DNA of 64,000 nucleotides from IMG/VR virus record IMGVR_UViG_3300042691_047443, positions 1-64,000 of that record, one strand, 5' to 3'. Of this stretch, positions 36,446 to 46,871 are shown one piece after another. This DNA is from a virus. Position 1 is the first letter of the stretch. Each line of letters opens with the position of its first letter. A program made the position numbers and the translations under genes. The notes beneath the pieces were generated by a model. The model did not search any database, was not told the DNA's origin, and was given only the letters and a program-made list of their open reading frames with translations.

Positions 36446-37542
36446 TTCAGCTCCACGTTAAAGGAAAATGATCCGATGGACATCGTGTTAGGGGTCCATC
36501 CTATTCTCACGGGTTCACCCCTTCTCGACTGAACGTCGTTCCACTTATTTACGTACATGTCAAGTGCACGCTCAGTCTTCGGCGTCATCCCCATTCCAAA
36601 AGGAAGCTTTCCCGTGCAAGGAATCATGATATCACCGGATAGACCCTCTGTCATCCTATACTTACGCAATCCTGCGGGCATGATTGATTCCCTGATCGAA
36701 AATAACCTATTCGCCCGTGTCACATATTCGTGAGACGAAATATTTGATTCAACAAGTTCTGTGACAGGGTCAACTTGCTCATAAGCGTCGTCTTCTCCCA
36801 ATTCATTATATGAAACCCTCGACTCTTTCAGAGAATTTCTTTCCAGAACGCGATCGTCACGGTCTGTTAGACGTTGTTGAATTGCCTTCCATAGCCTCGC
36901 GGGCTCATACTGGATACCTGTCGTCGCCTTCACTGAGGCACAATACCTGACAACAAATGGTTCGTCCCACTGGCCTTCGATGTTTGAGTTATAATCGCTT
37001 ATTGCCTTCTGTGCCAGAAGCTGATACGTAAAGTCGCTCAGTTCAGGGGAATTTGGAACTTTAACGTTGCCCTTTAGTCTCTCTCCGATGGAAACTTCAG
37101 CGGCTTCGCCAAGCCTTCTGCTACGATAAATTACGTGTAACTCGTCGTCGCCCGGTGATCTGCGCAACATTTCTTTCACTAGAGAAAGAGGAACTCTTTT
37201 TGCCGCGGCATGCCTGACGTAAGGATCTCTATCTGTGATAAAGTTCCTTGCAAACTTTTCAGGCAAAAGCCTGACCACGAGTCTTCTGACTTCCGGATTT
37301 GGATTATTTGCAAATCTGAGAAGCGTCGCAGGCCTAAACCCTTGTCTTAATTCACGACCCGTTCTTTCAAGAACGTCCATTCTGTCGTTGATGTTTTCGG
37401 CAAGTTGGTCAAGTTTCACCTCAGTGATCACAGATGGTCCAAGGTTACGTGTTGTTTCTTCACGTAAAACATCTAACGCCCTCTCTTCTGCGAGGGTTTG
37501 ATTTAAAACTTTCTTTAGTTCTTTAACTGTGATAGTTTTCAT
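36442..37542 (-). CDS. Hypothetical protein with HEAT/LRV-like repeats and N-terminal ITVKELKKVL motif
   Basis: NPNPEVRRLVV, DRDPYVRHAAAKR repeats; ATATCTA 5 nt upstream. Confidence 0.65.
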   Translation of the reverse strand: MKTITVKELKKVLNQTLAEERALDVLREETTRNLGPSVITEVKLDQLAENINDRMDVLERTGRELRQGFRPATLLRFANNPNPEVRRLVVRLLPEKFARNFITDRDPYVRHAAAKRVPLSLVKEMLRRSPGDDELHVIYRSRRLGEAAEVSIGERLKGNVKVPNSPELSDFTYQLLAQKAISDYNSNIEGQWDEPFVVRYCASVKATTGIQYEPARLWKAIQQRLTDRDDRVLERNSLKESRVSYNELGEDDAYEQVDPVTELVESNISSHEYVTRANRLFSIRESIMPAGLRKYRMTEGLSGDIMIPCTGKLPFGMGMTPKTERALDMYVNKWNDVQSRRGEPVRIGWTPNTMSIGSFSFNVELK

Positions 37543-37611
37543 GAGAATAGATATATCAATGCCTACGTCAAAATCAAGGTAAGAGTCTTACTATGTGAAT
37601 TAAACATATAT

Positions 37612-37806
37612 CTAGCCAAGCATCATGTCTTTTATCCATTTTTTGATGGACTTTTTGATATCATCAGGCACGTAAACGCTTTTTGAATTAATGGATTCAT
37701 CGTCATACAATTTTTTATCGTATGATTCTGCCAACCATTCTTCTCTTAAGGAACGTACTTCAGCAATGATGAAAGATCTCAGCGTTGATATTTCGTTTGT
37801 CATCAC
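37612..37806 (-). CDS. Small hypothetical protein (LRSFIIAE motif)
   Basis: ATACTTA upstream. Confidence 0.6.
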   Translation of the reverse strand: MMTNEISTLRSFIIAEVRSLREEWLAESYDKKLYDDESINSKSVYVPDDIKKSIKKWIKDMMLG

Positions 37807-37815
37807 TCATAAGTA

Positions 37816-38343
37816 TCACTTACGTTTGATAAACATTGACCAATCTTCGTGCCACTCTTTGCCCCTTGCGTTTTCCCAAAATTGAAATGGACTTGGCTCT
37901 GCGGGAATCGTCAAAAGGGGCATATTTGCTTCGTGCGGCGTCTTATTGGCTTTTTTTCTATTGCAGAACTTACAAGACGCAACACAGTTCTTCCACGAAG
38001 TTTTTCCGCCACGAGAACGCGGTTGAACATGATCGATGGTTGCGGAATTTTTACCTAGGTCCATTCCACAGTATTGACAACACCAATTGTCACGCGTGTA
38101 GATTGCAGATTTTCTGAATCTTGGTGGTTGCCACTTTCTGTTCACCCTATTTAACAAACGAATAGTTGCGGGAAGCGCGATGGATTCCTTTGTGGTGTTA
38201 ATAACCTGCTGAGACCAGGTACTTAACTTACCTCCTGTGTCCAATATTTCTGCCCTACCTTTGTGTACGAGTAGAAATGCACGTACATTGCTGACAAAGT
38301 GCATAGGAGAGTAGTCAGAATTGAGGAGAAGTGCCTTGCTCAT
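37816..38343 (-). CDS. HNH endonuclease (McrA-like)
   Basis: RDNWCCQYCG...TIDHVQPRSRGG..SWKNCV.SC..CNRKK. Confidence 0.92.
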   Translation of the reverse strand: MSKALLLNSDYSPMHFVSNVRAFLLVHKGRAEILDTGGKLSTWSQQVINTTKESIALPATIRLLNRVNRKWQPPRFRKSAIYTRDNWCCQYCGMDLGKNSATIDHVQPRSRGGKTSWKNCVASCKFCNRKKANKTPHEANMPLLTIPAEPSPFQFWENARGKEWHEDWSMFIKRK

Positions 38344-38383
38344 GCTTCAAATTCCCTGATCATATACGACCATCATACACCCT

Positions 38384-38725
38384 CTATTCCCAAACTACAA
38401 GATTCAACCTCTCTAAAAGAAATTTTATCTGTTCCACAAGAAGCAGCGATTCCTCTTGCTCTATCTTTGCGGCAGACAGTCTTTTTTTGATTCTTTCAAG
38501 TTTTGATATCGAAAGGTCTTTTGACGATTGACGTTCAAGAAGATCTTCCAGTCGGTGTCGACGCGAAGACGAAGACGTTAATTTAAAGCTGTACGTTTGC
38601 CAGAGTTTTTTAACGTACTCTGGGTCGTTCTCTAGATCTTTTTGCTCGTCTTTTGCTTCTTTACTTTTCTTCGTCAACGATCCCGGACGATAATTTTTCA
38701 ACGAAGCGGCCATAGTGTCCCTCAT
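38384..38725 (-). CDS. Hypothetical coiled-coil protein
   Basis: ORF fills the gap; true start probably downstream of 38725. Confidence 0.5.
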   Translation of the reverse strand: MRDTMAASLKNYRPGSLTKKSKEAKDEQKDLENDPEYVKKLWQTYSFKLTSSSSRRHRLEDLLERQSSKDLSISKLERIKKRLSAAKIEQEESLLLVEQIKFLLERLNLVVWE

Positions 38726-39446
38726 CCTGTTCTATTGCGATGAACTTTCTGCCTAACTTGCGAGCCGCAAATGCAGCAACACCAGATCCGGCAAACGGAT
38801 CTATTACCCAGTCACCTTGATTTGTGTTTACTTCAATTGGTATTTCAAATATTTTTGTCGGTTTTTGTGTTGGATGAACCTTTCCCGAAAATAGTTCATT
38901 TACGTCCATCCATACGTTAGTCCTTCTATAAAATTCGCTTTTGGCAGGATATTTGGCATTATAACCCGCATAACCTCTTTTTGTTTCAAGAAGCGGAACG
39001 TTAAAAACGGCGGGTTTCTTTATGTCTCCCTTGATCATGTACAATAGTTCTTCACGCGTAGATAGGTAATTGTGTTGTACGCCATAAGCACGCTTCTTCG
39101 ACCAGGTGATCAGGTTTGAAACGTTCATATCTGACTCTGATTCTATACGCGAAGCGTATTCAAAGAACGGCCTAAATCCTGCAACACCATAACCTCCCCA
39201 AACATACATTGCGCCCTGTGGAACCAGCAAATTGGAATAGGATTTGGTCCAAGAGATCATCCAGTCAACAAATTCAGACTGTGTTCCACTCCATCTGTCC
39301 CAACCATGGCGCAATATATTTCCGTAAGGAGGATCTGTGCACACAACGTGAACCTTGTCAACGATTGTTTTCACAAAGGAAACGACTTCTTCGCTGGTTG
39401 AGTCTCCGCAGATTGCAACGCCGTCATCGAATCTTTCAAACTTCAT
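38661..39446 (-). CDS. Site-specific DNA methyltransferase (N4-C/N6-A, beta class)
   Basis: TDPPY, HPTQKP, DPFAGSG. Confidence 0.92.
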   Translation of the reverse strand: MKFERFDDGVAICGDSTSEEVVSFVKTIVDKVHVVCTDPPYGNILRHGWDRWSGTQSEFVDWMISWTKSYSNLLVPQGAMYVWGGYGVAGFRPFFEYASRIESESDMNVSNLITWSKKRAYGVQHNYLSTREELLYMIKGDIKKPAVFNVPLLETKRGYAGYNAKYPAKSEFYRRTNVWMDVNELFSGKVHPTQKPTKIFEIPIEVNTNQGDWVIDPFAGSGVAAFAARKLGRKFIAIEQDEGHYGRFVEKLSSGIVDEEK

Positions 39447-39967
39447 TTCCGGTACTCCTTGAATCCGGACAGTCGATACAACAACGACTTTAGGTCGCTT
39501 GGATTATTGACGCTCCATCTTGTGTAATAGTGTTCCATCTGCGAAGGGTACAATGTTGACATTTGTATTGCATGATTCAATACAACATTTAGATCACTTG
39601 CTGACGTACATAACAACTCAGAATAACAAGCGGGCGCCTTTAAGGCGGCCACGATGTCTTCATCGTTTAACAGTGAAAACATCGTGAGGTGACAGCGCCG
39701 ATAATGAATCGCATCCCTTTCTAGGGAGAACTGTTTGAAGTCAGGTGTTGGTTCACCATCATGACCCAATGCAACCCATGATTCTTTAACAAGATCGTGA
39801 TGTGCCAGGGTGCAATAAATTCTGATGTCGTTAAATTTTGTCTTGTATTGATCAACGTGAATCGTAGAAATGACGCCTGTGCCATTGCAAGGTGGTACTG
39901 GGTGTCTTAACGCTGCCCCTACAAACATTGCAATATCATTCATCGAAGATTTGTTATGGAAGTTCAT
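39443..39967 (-). CDS. Hypothetical protein
   Basis: 174 aa; ATGA overlap with the methyltransferase. Confidence 0.65.
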   Translation of the reverse strand: MNFHNKSSMNDIAMFVGAALRHPVPPCNGTGVISTIHVDQYKTKFNDIRIYCTLAHHDLVKESWVALGHDGEPTPDFKQFSLERDAIHYRRCHLTMFSLLNDEDIVAALKAPACYSELLCTSASDLNVVLNHAIQMSTLYPSQMEHYYTRWSVNNPSDLKSLLYRLSGFKEYRK

Positions 39968-39998
39968 AACAAATAAAATATAGCGAAGAACTAAAAAA

Positions 39999-40025
39999 TA
40001 AAAGGGGACCGCTAGTCCCCTTTAA
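39999..40025. terminator. Intrinsic terminator (possibly bidirectional)
   Basis: TAAAAGGGGAC-cgcta-GTCCCCTTTTA downstream of the Hsp20 gene, T-run on the minus strand. Confidence 0.8.
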
Positions 40026-40040
40026 ATTTACCAAATTTTG

Positions 40041-40400
40041 TCACTTAATTGGAATCTTATAGGCCTTTGGCTTGGCTGTTTCAAGCTTGTTGAAAACAAG
40101 CGTTAGGACACCGTCCTCTAATCTAGCAGATCCAGATAGGGGATCGTAGTTCTTGGGAAGTCGATAATTGTAGAGAAAATCCTTACCTTTTTGCTTTCCC
40201 GTAATCTTTACGTCACCTGAAACTGATTCTACGAGTAGGTCAGAGGACTTAGCGCCGGGTAAATCCATGTTTAAGGTGATACCAGATTCATTTTCATGAA
40301 TCTCAAAATTGACTGTGTTCACCTTTGCGGCCCAAGGGTCAAGTAATCTATTGTAAACCAAAGAACCGTACTTATTAGTATCAGTATACCACCAATTCAT
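40041..40400 (-). CDS. Small heat-shock protein (Hsp20/alpha-crystallin)
   Basis: MDLPG; YRLP; ARLEDGVLTL...K; AAGGAG RBS. Confidence 0.88.
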   Translation of the reverse strand: MNWWYTDTNKYGSLVYNRLLDPWAAKVNTVNFEIHENESGITLNMDLPGAKSSDLLVESVSGDVKITGKQKGKDFLYNYRLPKNYDPLSGSARLEDGVLTLVFNKLETAKPKAYKIPIK

Positions 40401-40469
40401 TTTTCACTCCTTTTATTGAGGTTGTGAAATCAGTAAGAACATCTTGAAAGAAAGAAAGGAAAAAGTGCA

Positions 40470-40838
40470 TCAATATCCATTTTCAATCCTATCAAAATTT
40501 TTGACGCCTTTTTGCATGTATGCATGATACATTTCGTCAAGACTCACACCTGATGCAATCACAATCTCAAAGAAAAAATGCAGAGAATCAATAAGTTCCT
40601 CTAAATACGCATCTTTATCGAGGTCATTGACCTCTGTTGCACGGTGAGTTTTACTGTTCTTAAGCTCCTGATTTGCCTCGAATAATTCACCCATGCACTC
40701 ATAGGTGATGCTCTTCAGGAACTTTTGTCCAGCCTTTGAGCGAATGTCGACTGGGAACTCTGGAAATCCTCTCTTTTTCTTTAGAAGATTCATGAACTCC
40801 AGTTGCTGGTTCCACATTTCTTGTAATTTGTCCTGCAT
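40470..40838 (-). CDS. All-alpha dNTP pyrophosphatase (MazG-like; T4 gp56 dCTPase/dUTPase-like)
   Basis: ELFEA..EL...K.H; EELIDSLHFF; Y..K..KN..R...GY. Confidence 0.8.
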   Translation of the reverse strand: MQDKLQEMWNQQLEFMNLLKKKRGFPEFPVDIRSKAGQKFLKSITYECMGELFEANQELKNSKTHRATEVNDLDKDAYLEELIDSLHFFFEIVIASGVSLDEMYHAYMQKGVKNFDRIENGY

Positions 40839-40847
40839 AATTATCTC

Positions 40848-41102
40848 TCAGGAGTCAAAAAGAAATGTTGTGCTTTCTGCTCTCTTGTTTTGAAGAGAGT
40901 CTGCTTCCTGCAGCAACTTTTCATGATGTTCACGCACCCTCTTTGCATATTCTGCGGTCAACTCAAGCTCATGAGAGTCATCGACGCTATGCACGGGCTC
41001 AACTTCAATCTGCCTCATAAGATCCACAACATCAACGCCCAGAAGCATTCCCTCTTGGACGATCTGCGCAATTCTACCAATCACATTATCGCTAAACTTC
41101 AT
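40848..41102 (-). CDS. Hypothetical protein
   Basis: AAGGAG RBS; 84 aa. Confidence 0.7.
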   Translation of the reverse strand: MKFSDNVIGRIAQIVQEGMLLGVDVVDLMRQIEVEPVHSVDDSHELELTAEYAKRVREHHEKLLQEADSLQNKRAESTTFLFDS

Positions 41103-41114
41103 TTTAACTCCTTA

Positions 41115-41774
41115 TCATTCAAATGGCGGACAGGTGCTACCGTCTTCCAGGATCAACCCATGAGCCCGAAGACTAAGATCAAACTTACCAGTGTCACGAA
41201 CACACTCCAGCATTTTATACGCAACCTCTCTGATCTCCAACTGCGCATGCTTCGAGTACCTCAATTGCAAAAAATGGACAAAGCTTCTAAAATTAAACAT
41301 AACATCAGCTGTCAGCTGAACACCGTATGGAAGATAAAGTCGAGCTGATTCTTTGGCACGCTTTCTTGGTAAACCCTTGTCAATCAGGCGCTGAAGCGTC
41401 TCATGATAATTCTTAAGAGAAAGATTCAAGTGCTCAATGTATCGAGTCTTCTCTTCATCGTCCCAATCAACAGGAACATAAAACTTGTCATCCTTCAACT
41501 CCTTATAACGAGCTGACTCACCGTTAAGAGACACACCTGCTCGATGCTTGATAAGGTGAATGTGGGAAGCAATGTCGGTGGTGACAAGAAAATGGATGCT
41601 CGACTTTTCAAACGGCGTTCCGTGATTGTCACGAGCCAACATATTTAAGAGATTACCAATCCTGGAACGTTTTTCGTCGGTTAGGTCTCTTGAGGTGGAG
41701 GTCCATGCTGAAAGAGCATGAGTTTCATCTCCGCCATAAAATCCAATCAACTCTACTTTATTTTCATTCAGCAT
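41115..41774 (-). CDS. thyX: FAD-dependent thymidylate synthase
   Basis: HGTPFE; KHR...SLNGESARY; KESARLYLP; NFRS..HF..LR...HAQLEIR. Confidence 0.93.
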   Translation of the reverse strand: MLNENKVELIGFYGGDETHALSAWTSTSRDLTDEKRSRIGNLLNMLARDNHGTPFEKSSIHFLVTTDIASHIHLIKHRAGVSLNGESARYKELKDDKFYVPVDWDDEEKTRYIEHLNLSLKNYHETLQRLIDKGLPRKRAKESARLYLPYGVQLTADVMFNFRSFVHFLQLRYSKHAQLEIREVAYKMLECVRDTGKFDLSLRAHGLILEDGSTCPPFE

Positions 41775-41780
41775 GTGTGC

Positions 41781-41809
41781 ATATTACAATATGCAATGGT
41801 TTTGTTCAA
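41781..41809 (-). promoter_or_regulatory. Sigma70-like promoter, leaderless
   Basis: TTGAAC-N17-TAATAT-N6-ATG(41774). Confidence 0.65.
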
Positions 41810-42069
41810 GATTTGTGCATGAATGACCAAATTTTCCCTTCAATTGTGTCGAACAATTCTTTTTTTAGGTCTTCAAGCATTTCATTAGCATTGTCATGCA
41901 ACTGTCTTGCCTCTAGCGGACTCTGCGACTTGAGTTGGATGTACCTTTTTATGTGACCTTCAACCTTAGAAGCGCAGTCTTCCACAACTTCTCTTACCAT
42001 AAACTCAGGAACACCACGCATGTATTCTTCTGCAATGATGCTCCTGAGATTTTTTGCCGTGAGTTTCAT
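41806..42069 (-). CDS. Hypothetical protein (MKLTAKNLRSIIAEE motif)
   Basis: Start moved to ATG 42069; CTATATA 5 nt upstream. Confidence 0.7.
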   Translation of the reverse strand: MKLTAKNLRSIIAEEYMRGVPEFMVREVVEDCASKVEGHIKRYIQLKSQSPLEARQLHDNANEMLEDLKKELFDTIEGKIWSFMHKS

Positions 42070-42082
42070 GACAATATATAGT

Positions 42083-44422
42083 TTATGCGCTGCAAACCTG
42101 ACACTCTTCAGGATTTTCTGTTGAACGAACGACGTCATCTGCATCACCGTGTTTGTCTTCCACGGTAATTGCCTTAGCATTTGATGCAGGCTTTGAACGC
42201 AGGTAATACATTCCTGTCTTTAACCCCTTTTGCCAGGCGTAAAAGTGCATAGAATTGACAGACCCAACTGTCGGCGATGCAATAAAGAGGTTCATAGATT
42301 GAGACTGACAGACGTACACTCCTCTGTCTGCAGCTTGATCAATGATGGGCCTCATGGACATTTCCCACACAGTCCGATACCTTTTACGAATGTTCTCAGG
42401 AATAGTTGTGATAAATTGTATTGACCCTCCATGCTTGACAATTTCGTTCTTTATGTCTTCGTTCCAAAGTTTAAGTGCAATGAGATCGTTAACAAGATGT
42501 CTGTTCACGACGACAAATTCGCCAGACAGGACTCGTCTCACATAAATGTTTGAAGTGAACGGTTCAAAACACTCGTTGTTACCCAATATCTGAGACGTTG
42601 ACGCAGTAGGCATCGGAGCAAGCAACAGGGAGTTACGAAGCCCAGTCTTTGCAATTTTCCCCTTCAACGCATCCCAATCAAGCGTTGAATGAGGCGACAC
42701 TCCCCACATGTCAAATTGCAACTGACCTTGAGACACCGGACTGCCTTCGTAAGAATCATATGTTCCATCACGTTCCGCAAGGTCAGAAGAGGCCTCAAGT
42801 GCACCATAATAAATATTAGCAAAGATCCTCTTATTGACTTCCTCGGCGTCTCGAGAATCAAAGTCCATCTTCATCATGGCATATACGTCAGCAAGCCCCT
42901 GAACACCAATTCCTATCGGGCGGTGCTTAAGATTAGAGACCTTGGTCTCGGGGGTCGGATAAAAGTTCCTATCTATAACCTTATTCAAATTATGGGTGAC
43001 CTCATATGCCGTCTTCTTGAGCGACTCGTAATCAATTCTGGAGTCTACTACAAACTTTGGAAGGGCAATTGACGCCAGATTGCACACTGCAGTTTCATCC
43101 GGTGATGAAAACTCCATGATCTCCGTACAGAGATTTGAGGATTTGATCGTGCCCAGGTTGTTCTGATTGCTCTTCGCATTTGCGGCATCCTTGTACAGGA
43201 TGTAAGGTACGCCAGTTTCCATCTGCGCAGTTAGAATCTTGAGCCACAGGTCTCTTGCCTTTACTTGACGAACAAAGCGACCTTCACTTTCATATTTTGT
43301 GTACAAAGAATCAAATGCATCTCCCCAAACCTCTGAAAGGCCAGGGCATTGGTGTGGACACATCAGCGACCAGTCTTCATCATTTTGAACCCTTCGCATG
43401 AATAGATCAGGCGTCCATAGGGCGTAAAACAGATCCCGCGCCCTCATCTCTTCCTTGCCATGGTTCTTCTTCAAGTCAAGAAAGTCTTCAACGTCAGAGT
43501 GCCAAGGTTCAAGATAGACGGCAAACGCGCCCTTGCGTTTTCCTCCTTGGTTAACGTACCGAGCAACTTCGTTCAAGACCTTGATCATTGGAACAACGCC
43601 ATCAGACATGCCCCCGGTCCCATTTATCAGGGTTCCTTTTGCACGTAAGTCATGAATGTGTAGACCGATACCTCCAGCCCACTTTGAAATGTGGGCAGTC
43701 TGCTTGTACGTGCTAAAGATACCATCGATTGAATCATCGGCAAGGCTTTGCAAGAAACAACTTGCCATCTGAGGTCGCGGAGTTCCAGCGTTAAATAAGG
43801 TCGGAGTTGCGTGTATGTATTTACCCGTACTTAACCCTTCATAACACTTGATTGTAGACTCGATATCGTCACCATGAATTCCCAATGCGACACGCATCCA
43901 GAGAAATTGAGGCGTCTCAGCAACCTGACCGTTAACAAGCTTCAGGTAACCTTTTGCGAGGGTTGTAAGCCCAAAATAGTCAAAATTCCTATCTCTATCG
44001 TGAATAATTGCGCGATCAATGTGCTCTGCGTGCTTTGGATTTAAAGCAATGTTGACAAGTTCATCACTCACAAGAGGAGAATGTCTACCCGTGACAGTGT
44101 CAATATTATCATAAAGCCTGACTACGTTTTCAGAAAAACTCACGGGTATTGTCTTTTGCCATCTTGTGACCAAGACTCGACCAGCAAGATAAGAATAGTC
44201 AGGATGAATTGTCACCATCCTTGCCGCTTCTTGCGCGATGATATTGTCAATTTCTGCTGTTGTGATCCCATCAACAATAGACTCCGCAACTCGACGAGTG
44301 ACCTCCGTTGCGACTACATACCTTTCATCGAGGTCTTTGCACAATCTTTTGATGCGTTGAGTGATCTTATCGAACTTAATTTCTTCTGACTTTCCATTAC
44401 TTTTGACGACACAGTGACGCAT
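42083..44422 (-). CDS. nrdA: Ribonucleoside-diphosphate reductase class Ia alpha subunit
   Basis: ATP-cone VVKSNG; ATPTLFNAG; SCF; SNLCTEI; VCNLAS; PMPTASTSQ; GLKTGMYYLR; C-terminal CxxC. Confidence 0.96.
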   Translation of the reverse strand: MRHCVVKSNGKSEEIKFDKITQRIKRLCKDLDERYVVATEVTRRVAESIVDGITTAEIDNIIAQEAARMVTIHPDYSYLAGRVLVTRWQKTIPVSFSENVVRLYDNIDTVTGRHSPLVSDELVNIALNPKHAEHIDRAIIHDRDRNFDYFGLTTLAKGYLKLVNGQVAETPQFLWMRVALGIHGDDIESTIKCYEGLSTGKYIHATPTLFNAGTPRPQMASCFLQSLADDSIDGIFSTYKQTAHISKWAGGIGLHIHDLRAKGTLINGTGGMSDGVVPMIKVLNEVARYVNQGGKRKGAFAVYLEPWHSDVEDFLDLKKNHGKEEMRARDLFYALWTPDLFMRRVQNDEDWSLMCPHQCPGLSEVWGDAFDSLYTKYESEGRFVRQVKARDLWLKILTAQMETGVPYILYKDAANAKSNQNNLGTIKSSNLCTEIMEFSSPDETAVCNLASIALPKFVVDSRIDYESLKKTAYEVTHNLNKVIDRNFYPTPETKVSNLKHRPIGIGVQGLADVYAMMKMDFDSRDAEEVNKRIFANIYYGALEASSDLAERDGTYDSYEGSPVSQGQLQFDMWGVSPHSTLDWDALKGKIAKTGLRNSLLLAPMPTASTSQILGNNECFEPFTSNIYVRRVLSGEFVVVNRHLVNDLIALKLWNEDIKNEIVKHGGSIQFITTIPENIRKRYRTVWEMSMRPIIDQAADRGVYVCQSQSMNLFIASPTVGSVNSMHFYAWQKGLKTGMYYLRSKPASNAKAITVEDKHGDADDVVRSTENPEECQVCSA

Positions 44423-45390
44423 CAAAAATCTCCTTCCCAAGTTAAGGTCTGGGTTGCACCGTTCTTTACGCCTGCCTTGGCGTATTCACTAACTCGTCTC
44501 TCAAAGAAGTTTGTCTTCCCTTCAAGACCTAACATCTCCATCCAAGGAAATGGATTCTTTACATTATATAATTTAGGACAACCCAGGTCAGTCAACAATC
44601 TGTCTGCAACAAACTCAATATAATTGGACATTGCGTCGGAGTTCATTCCGATCAGACTTACGGGCAAAGCTTCGCACACAAATTCTTTCTCGACTGCGAC
44701 GGCATCCGAGATGATCTGCTGGATAGTTTCCACCGAAGGTTTGTTCTTGATGTGATTTCTAAAAAGCTTAATCGCAAAATCAGTGTGAGCGGCCTCGTCC
44801 CTACTGATGAGCTCATTGGAAAAGGTCAAACCTTTCATCCCAAGCCCCCTGTGCTTCAACCAGAATATCGCGCAAAATGAGCCGCTGAAGAATATACCCT
44901 CGACACATGCGAAGGCCAGAAGCCTATTCACGAATGGCGCGTCGGCATTCATCCACTTTAAAGCCCATTCTGCCTTCTTCTTCACGGCAGGAATGGTCTC
45001 TATGGCACGGAGCAACCGAAGCTTTTCCGTAGAGTCATTTATGTAGGTGTCAATCAACAGCGAGTAAGTTTCGCTGTGAATTGTCTCCATAGCAGCCTGA
45101 AAGGTGTACGCGGCTCGTGCCTCTGGGTACTGGACCTCACTGGCAAAGCGGTAACACAGATTTTCATTTACGATACCATCGGATGCAGCAAAGAACGCGA
45201 GCACATGCTTGATGAAGTGACGTTCGTTGTCCTTCAACTTGAGCCAGTCATTTCTGTCCTCGGCAAGATCTATCTCTTCCGCGGTCCAAAAGGACGCCTC
45301 TTGTCGTTTGAACTCTTTCCAGAGATCATCGTGTACGATAGGATAAATGACAAACCTGTCTGGGTTGTGCTGAAGAATCGGTTCTTCCAT
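44422..45390 (-). CDS. nrdB: Ribonucleoside-diphosphate reductase beta subunit
   Basis: FWTAEEIDL; [12 protein letters not shown]; E.IHSETY; [10 protein letters not shown]; SRDE..H; NFFE.RV.EY; start at ATG 45390 after GGAG. Confidence 0.95.
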   Translation of the reverse strand: MEEPILQHNPDRFVIYPIVHDDLWKEFKRQEASFWTAEEIDLAEDRNDWLKLKDNERHFIKHVLAFFAASDGIVNENLCYRFASEVQYPEARAAYTFQAAMETIHSETYSLLIDTYINDSTEKLRLLRAIETIPAVKKKAEWALKWMNADAPFVNRLLAFACVEGIFFSGSFCAIFWLKHRGLGMKGLTFSNELISRDEAAHTDFAIKLFRNHIKNKPSVETIQQIISDAVAVEKEFVCEALPVSLIGMNSDAMSNYIEFVADRLLTDLGCPKLYNVKNPFPWMEMLGLEGKTNFFERRVSEYAKAGVKNGATQTLTWEGDF

Positions 45391-45449
45391 AATTTCTCCA
45401 AATGAGACACGCATAACTATCTTCTTGCTCCCTATATGACAGGCAGATT

Positions 45450-46871
45450 TTAGACTTCACTTACTTTTGACATGCGCTTAGAGAATTCAGGATCATCGCG
45501 TAGTTCCTTCCATTTGAGCCTTAAGGCCTTTTTGACTTCATCTTCGTCTTCCTTTGCAGTCGCATCCAAAGACCCAGCACCCCCGATGATTTCGAACCTA
45601 CTACGAGCAGTGTCAATCTTTAGCGGAAAAACGAGACCGTCACGGCCGGCTCGATTCTTTGCAACATACAACCTACCAAAACCTGTGGACTTTTCATGTG
45701 ACTTACGAGAAATACCAACTACAATGTCTGCGACCTGTGCCTTTCCGTACGCTTCACTCATGTTGCTGAGATCCACGATGTCACTCTGCGAACCTTCCTT
45801 GTTGGACTGGGAAGCCGTCCAGATCGGAATACCTCTTTCACCCGCAAGACCACGAAGCTCTTCATAGATCAACTTCAACTCGTGCCGAAGAGAATCATAC
45901 TGTCGCGTAGACCGCATGATGTCGGCATAATCGATGATGATAACGCCTGGTCTAAACCCCTTCACGTCAAGGCGTTCGATATGGCTTCTGAGCGTGTAGA
46001 TGGACGCAGTATTAGTCGGAAACTCTTTGATGATAAGTCTTCCCAGCTTCATGTCCTTGTATTTCTCGAGCACCTGGTCTTTGTTGTCGATGACAGTGTT
46101 CGAATCCATATCACAAAGATTCGAATCGTAACGAAGACCGATCGCAGATTCAGACAACTCAAAAGTATAATGAAGCACGTCAATGCCCTGCGTAAGAGCG
46201 TAGGCGCCCAGGTTGATCAAGAAGTGAGACTTTCCGACACCGGTCGGGGCGACGACGACACCGATTTCACCTGCCCCGAGGCCACCGTTGAAGATGTCTT
46301 TCTTGTCTAGCTCGCCGAGACCTGTAGGAACTGCGTTTCGCTGAAGCCGAGTGAACCTGCTCTCATAATCTGCAAAAAAGTCGTGACCGAGTTGGGGAGC
46401 TGTTCCAACCATGACAGCCTTCTTGATGCCATCCACGATAGACTCATACTTTTCAGCCTGAATCTGCTCGACTGCCTCCTCGAGGGCCTTCTTAAGGGCC
46501 TGCTTTTTGCAAAAGTCAAGAGACTTTTCACGGACATACTGGAGATCGCCAGGGTCTGGATTCGCTCGCATTCGCTGGAGATAATCCACAATCTGGTCTC
46601 TGATGATCGTGTCGGTTCCAGTCTTCAGTTCATCACGAATGATGGTGAGAAGAAGCTGGAGAGTCGGGAAAACCTTATACTTTTTAGCATAAGAGAAATA
46701 CCGATCTGCCAAATATTGCAGATACTTCGGTTCAAAGTAACCCACTTCGAACACTTCAAGCATTTGCTCGGCATAGTGCTTGTCCACAAGAAATGCCTGA
46801 ACAACTTTTTCTTGAAATGACTTTCCATAAGTGCCAAAAGACACTTTTGTGACAACTTTATCCTCGATCAT
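45450..46871 (-). CDS. Replicative helicase (DnaB / T4 gp41-like)
   Basis: APTGVGKS; YTFELS; IIDYAD; WTASQ; KNRAG. Confidence 0.92.
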   Translation of the reverse strand: MIEDKVVTKVSFGTYGKSFQEKVVQAFLVDKHYAEQMLEVFEVGYFEPKYLQYLADRYFSYAKKYKVFPTLQLLLTIIRDELKTGTDTIIRDQIVDYLQRMRANPDPGDLQYVREKSLDFCKKQALKKALEEAVEQIQAEKYESIVDGIKKAVMVGTAPQLGHDFFADYESRFTRLQRNAVPTGLGELDKKDIFNGGLGAGEIGVVVAPTGVGKSHFLINLGAYALTQGIDVLHYTFELSESAIGLRYDSNLCDMDSNTVIDNKDQVLEKYKDMKLGRLIIKEFPTNTASIYTLRSHIERLDVKGFRPGVIIIDYADIMRSTRQYDSLRHELKLIYEELRGLAGERGIPIWTASQSNKEGSQSDIVDLSNMSEAYGKAQVADIVVGISRKSHEKSTGFGRLYVAKNRAGRDGLVFPLKIDTARSRFEIIGGAGSLDATAKEDEDEVKKALRLKWKELRDDPEFSKRMSKVSEV

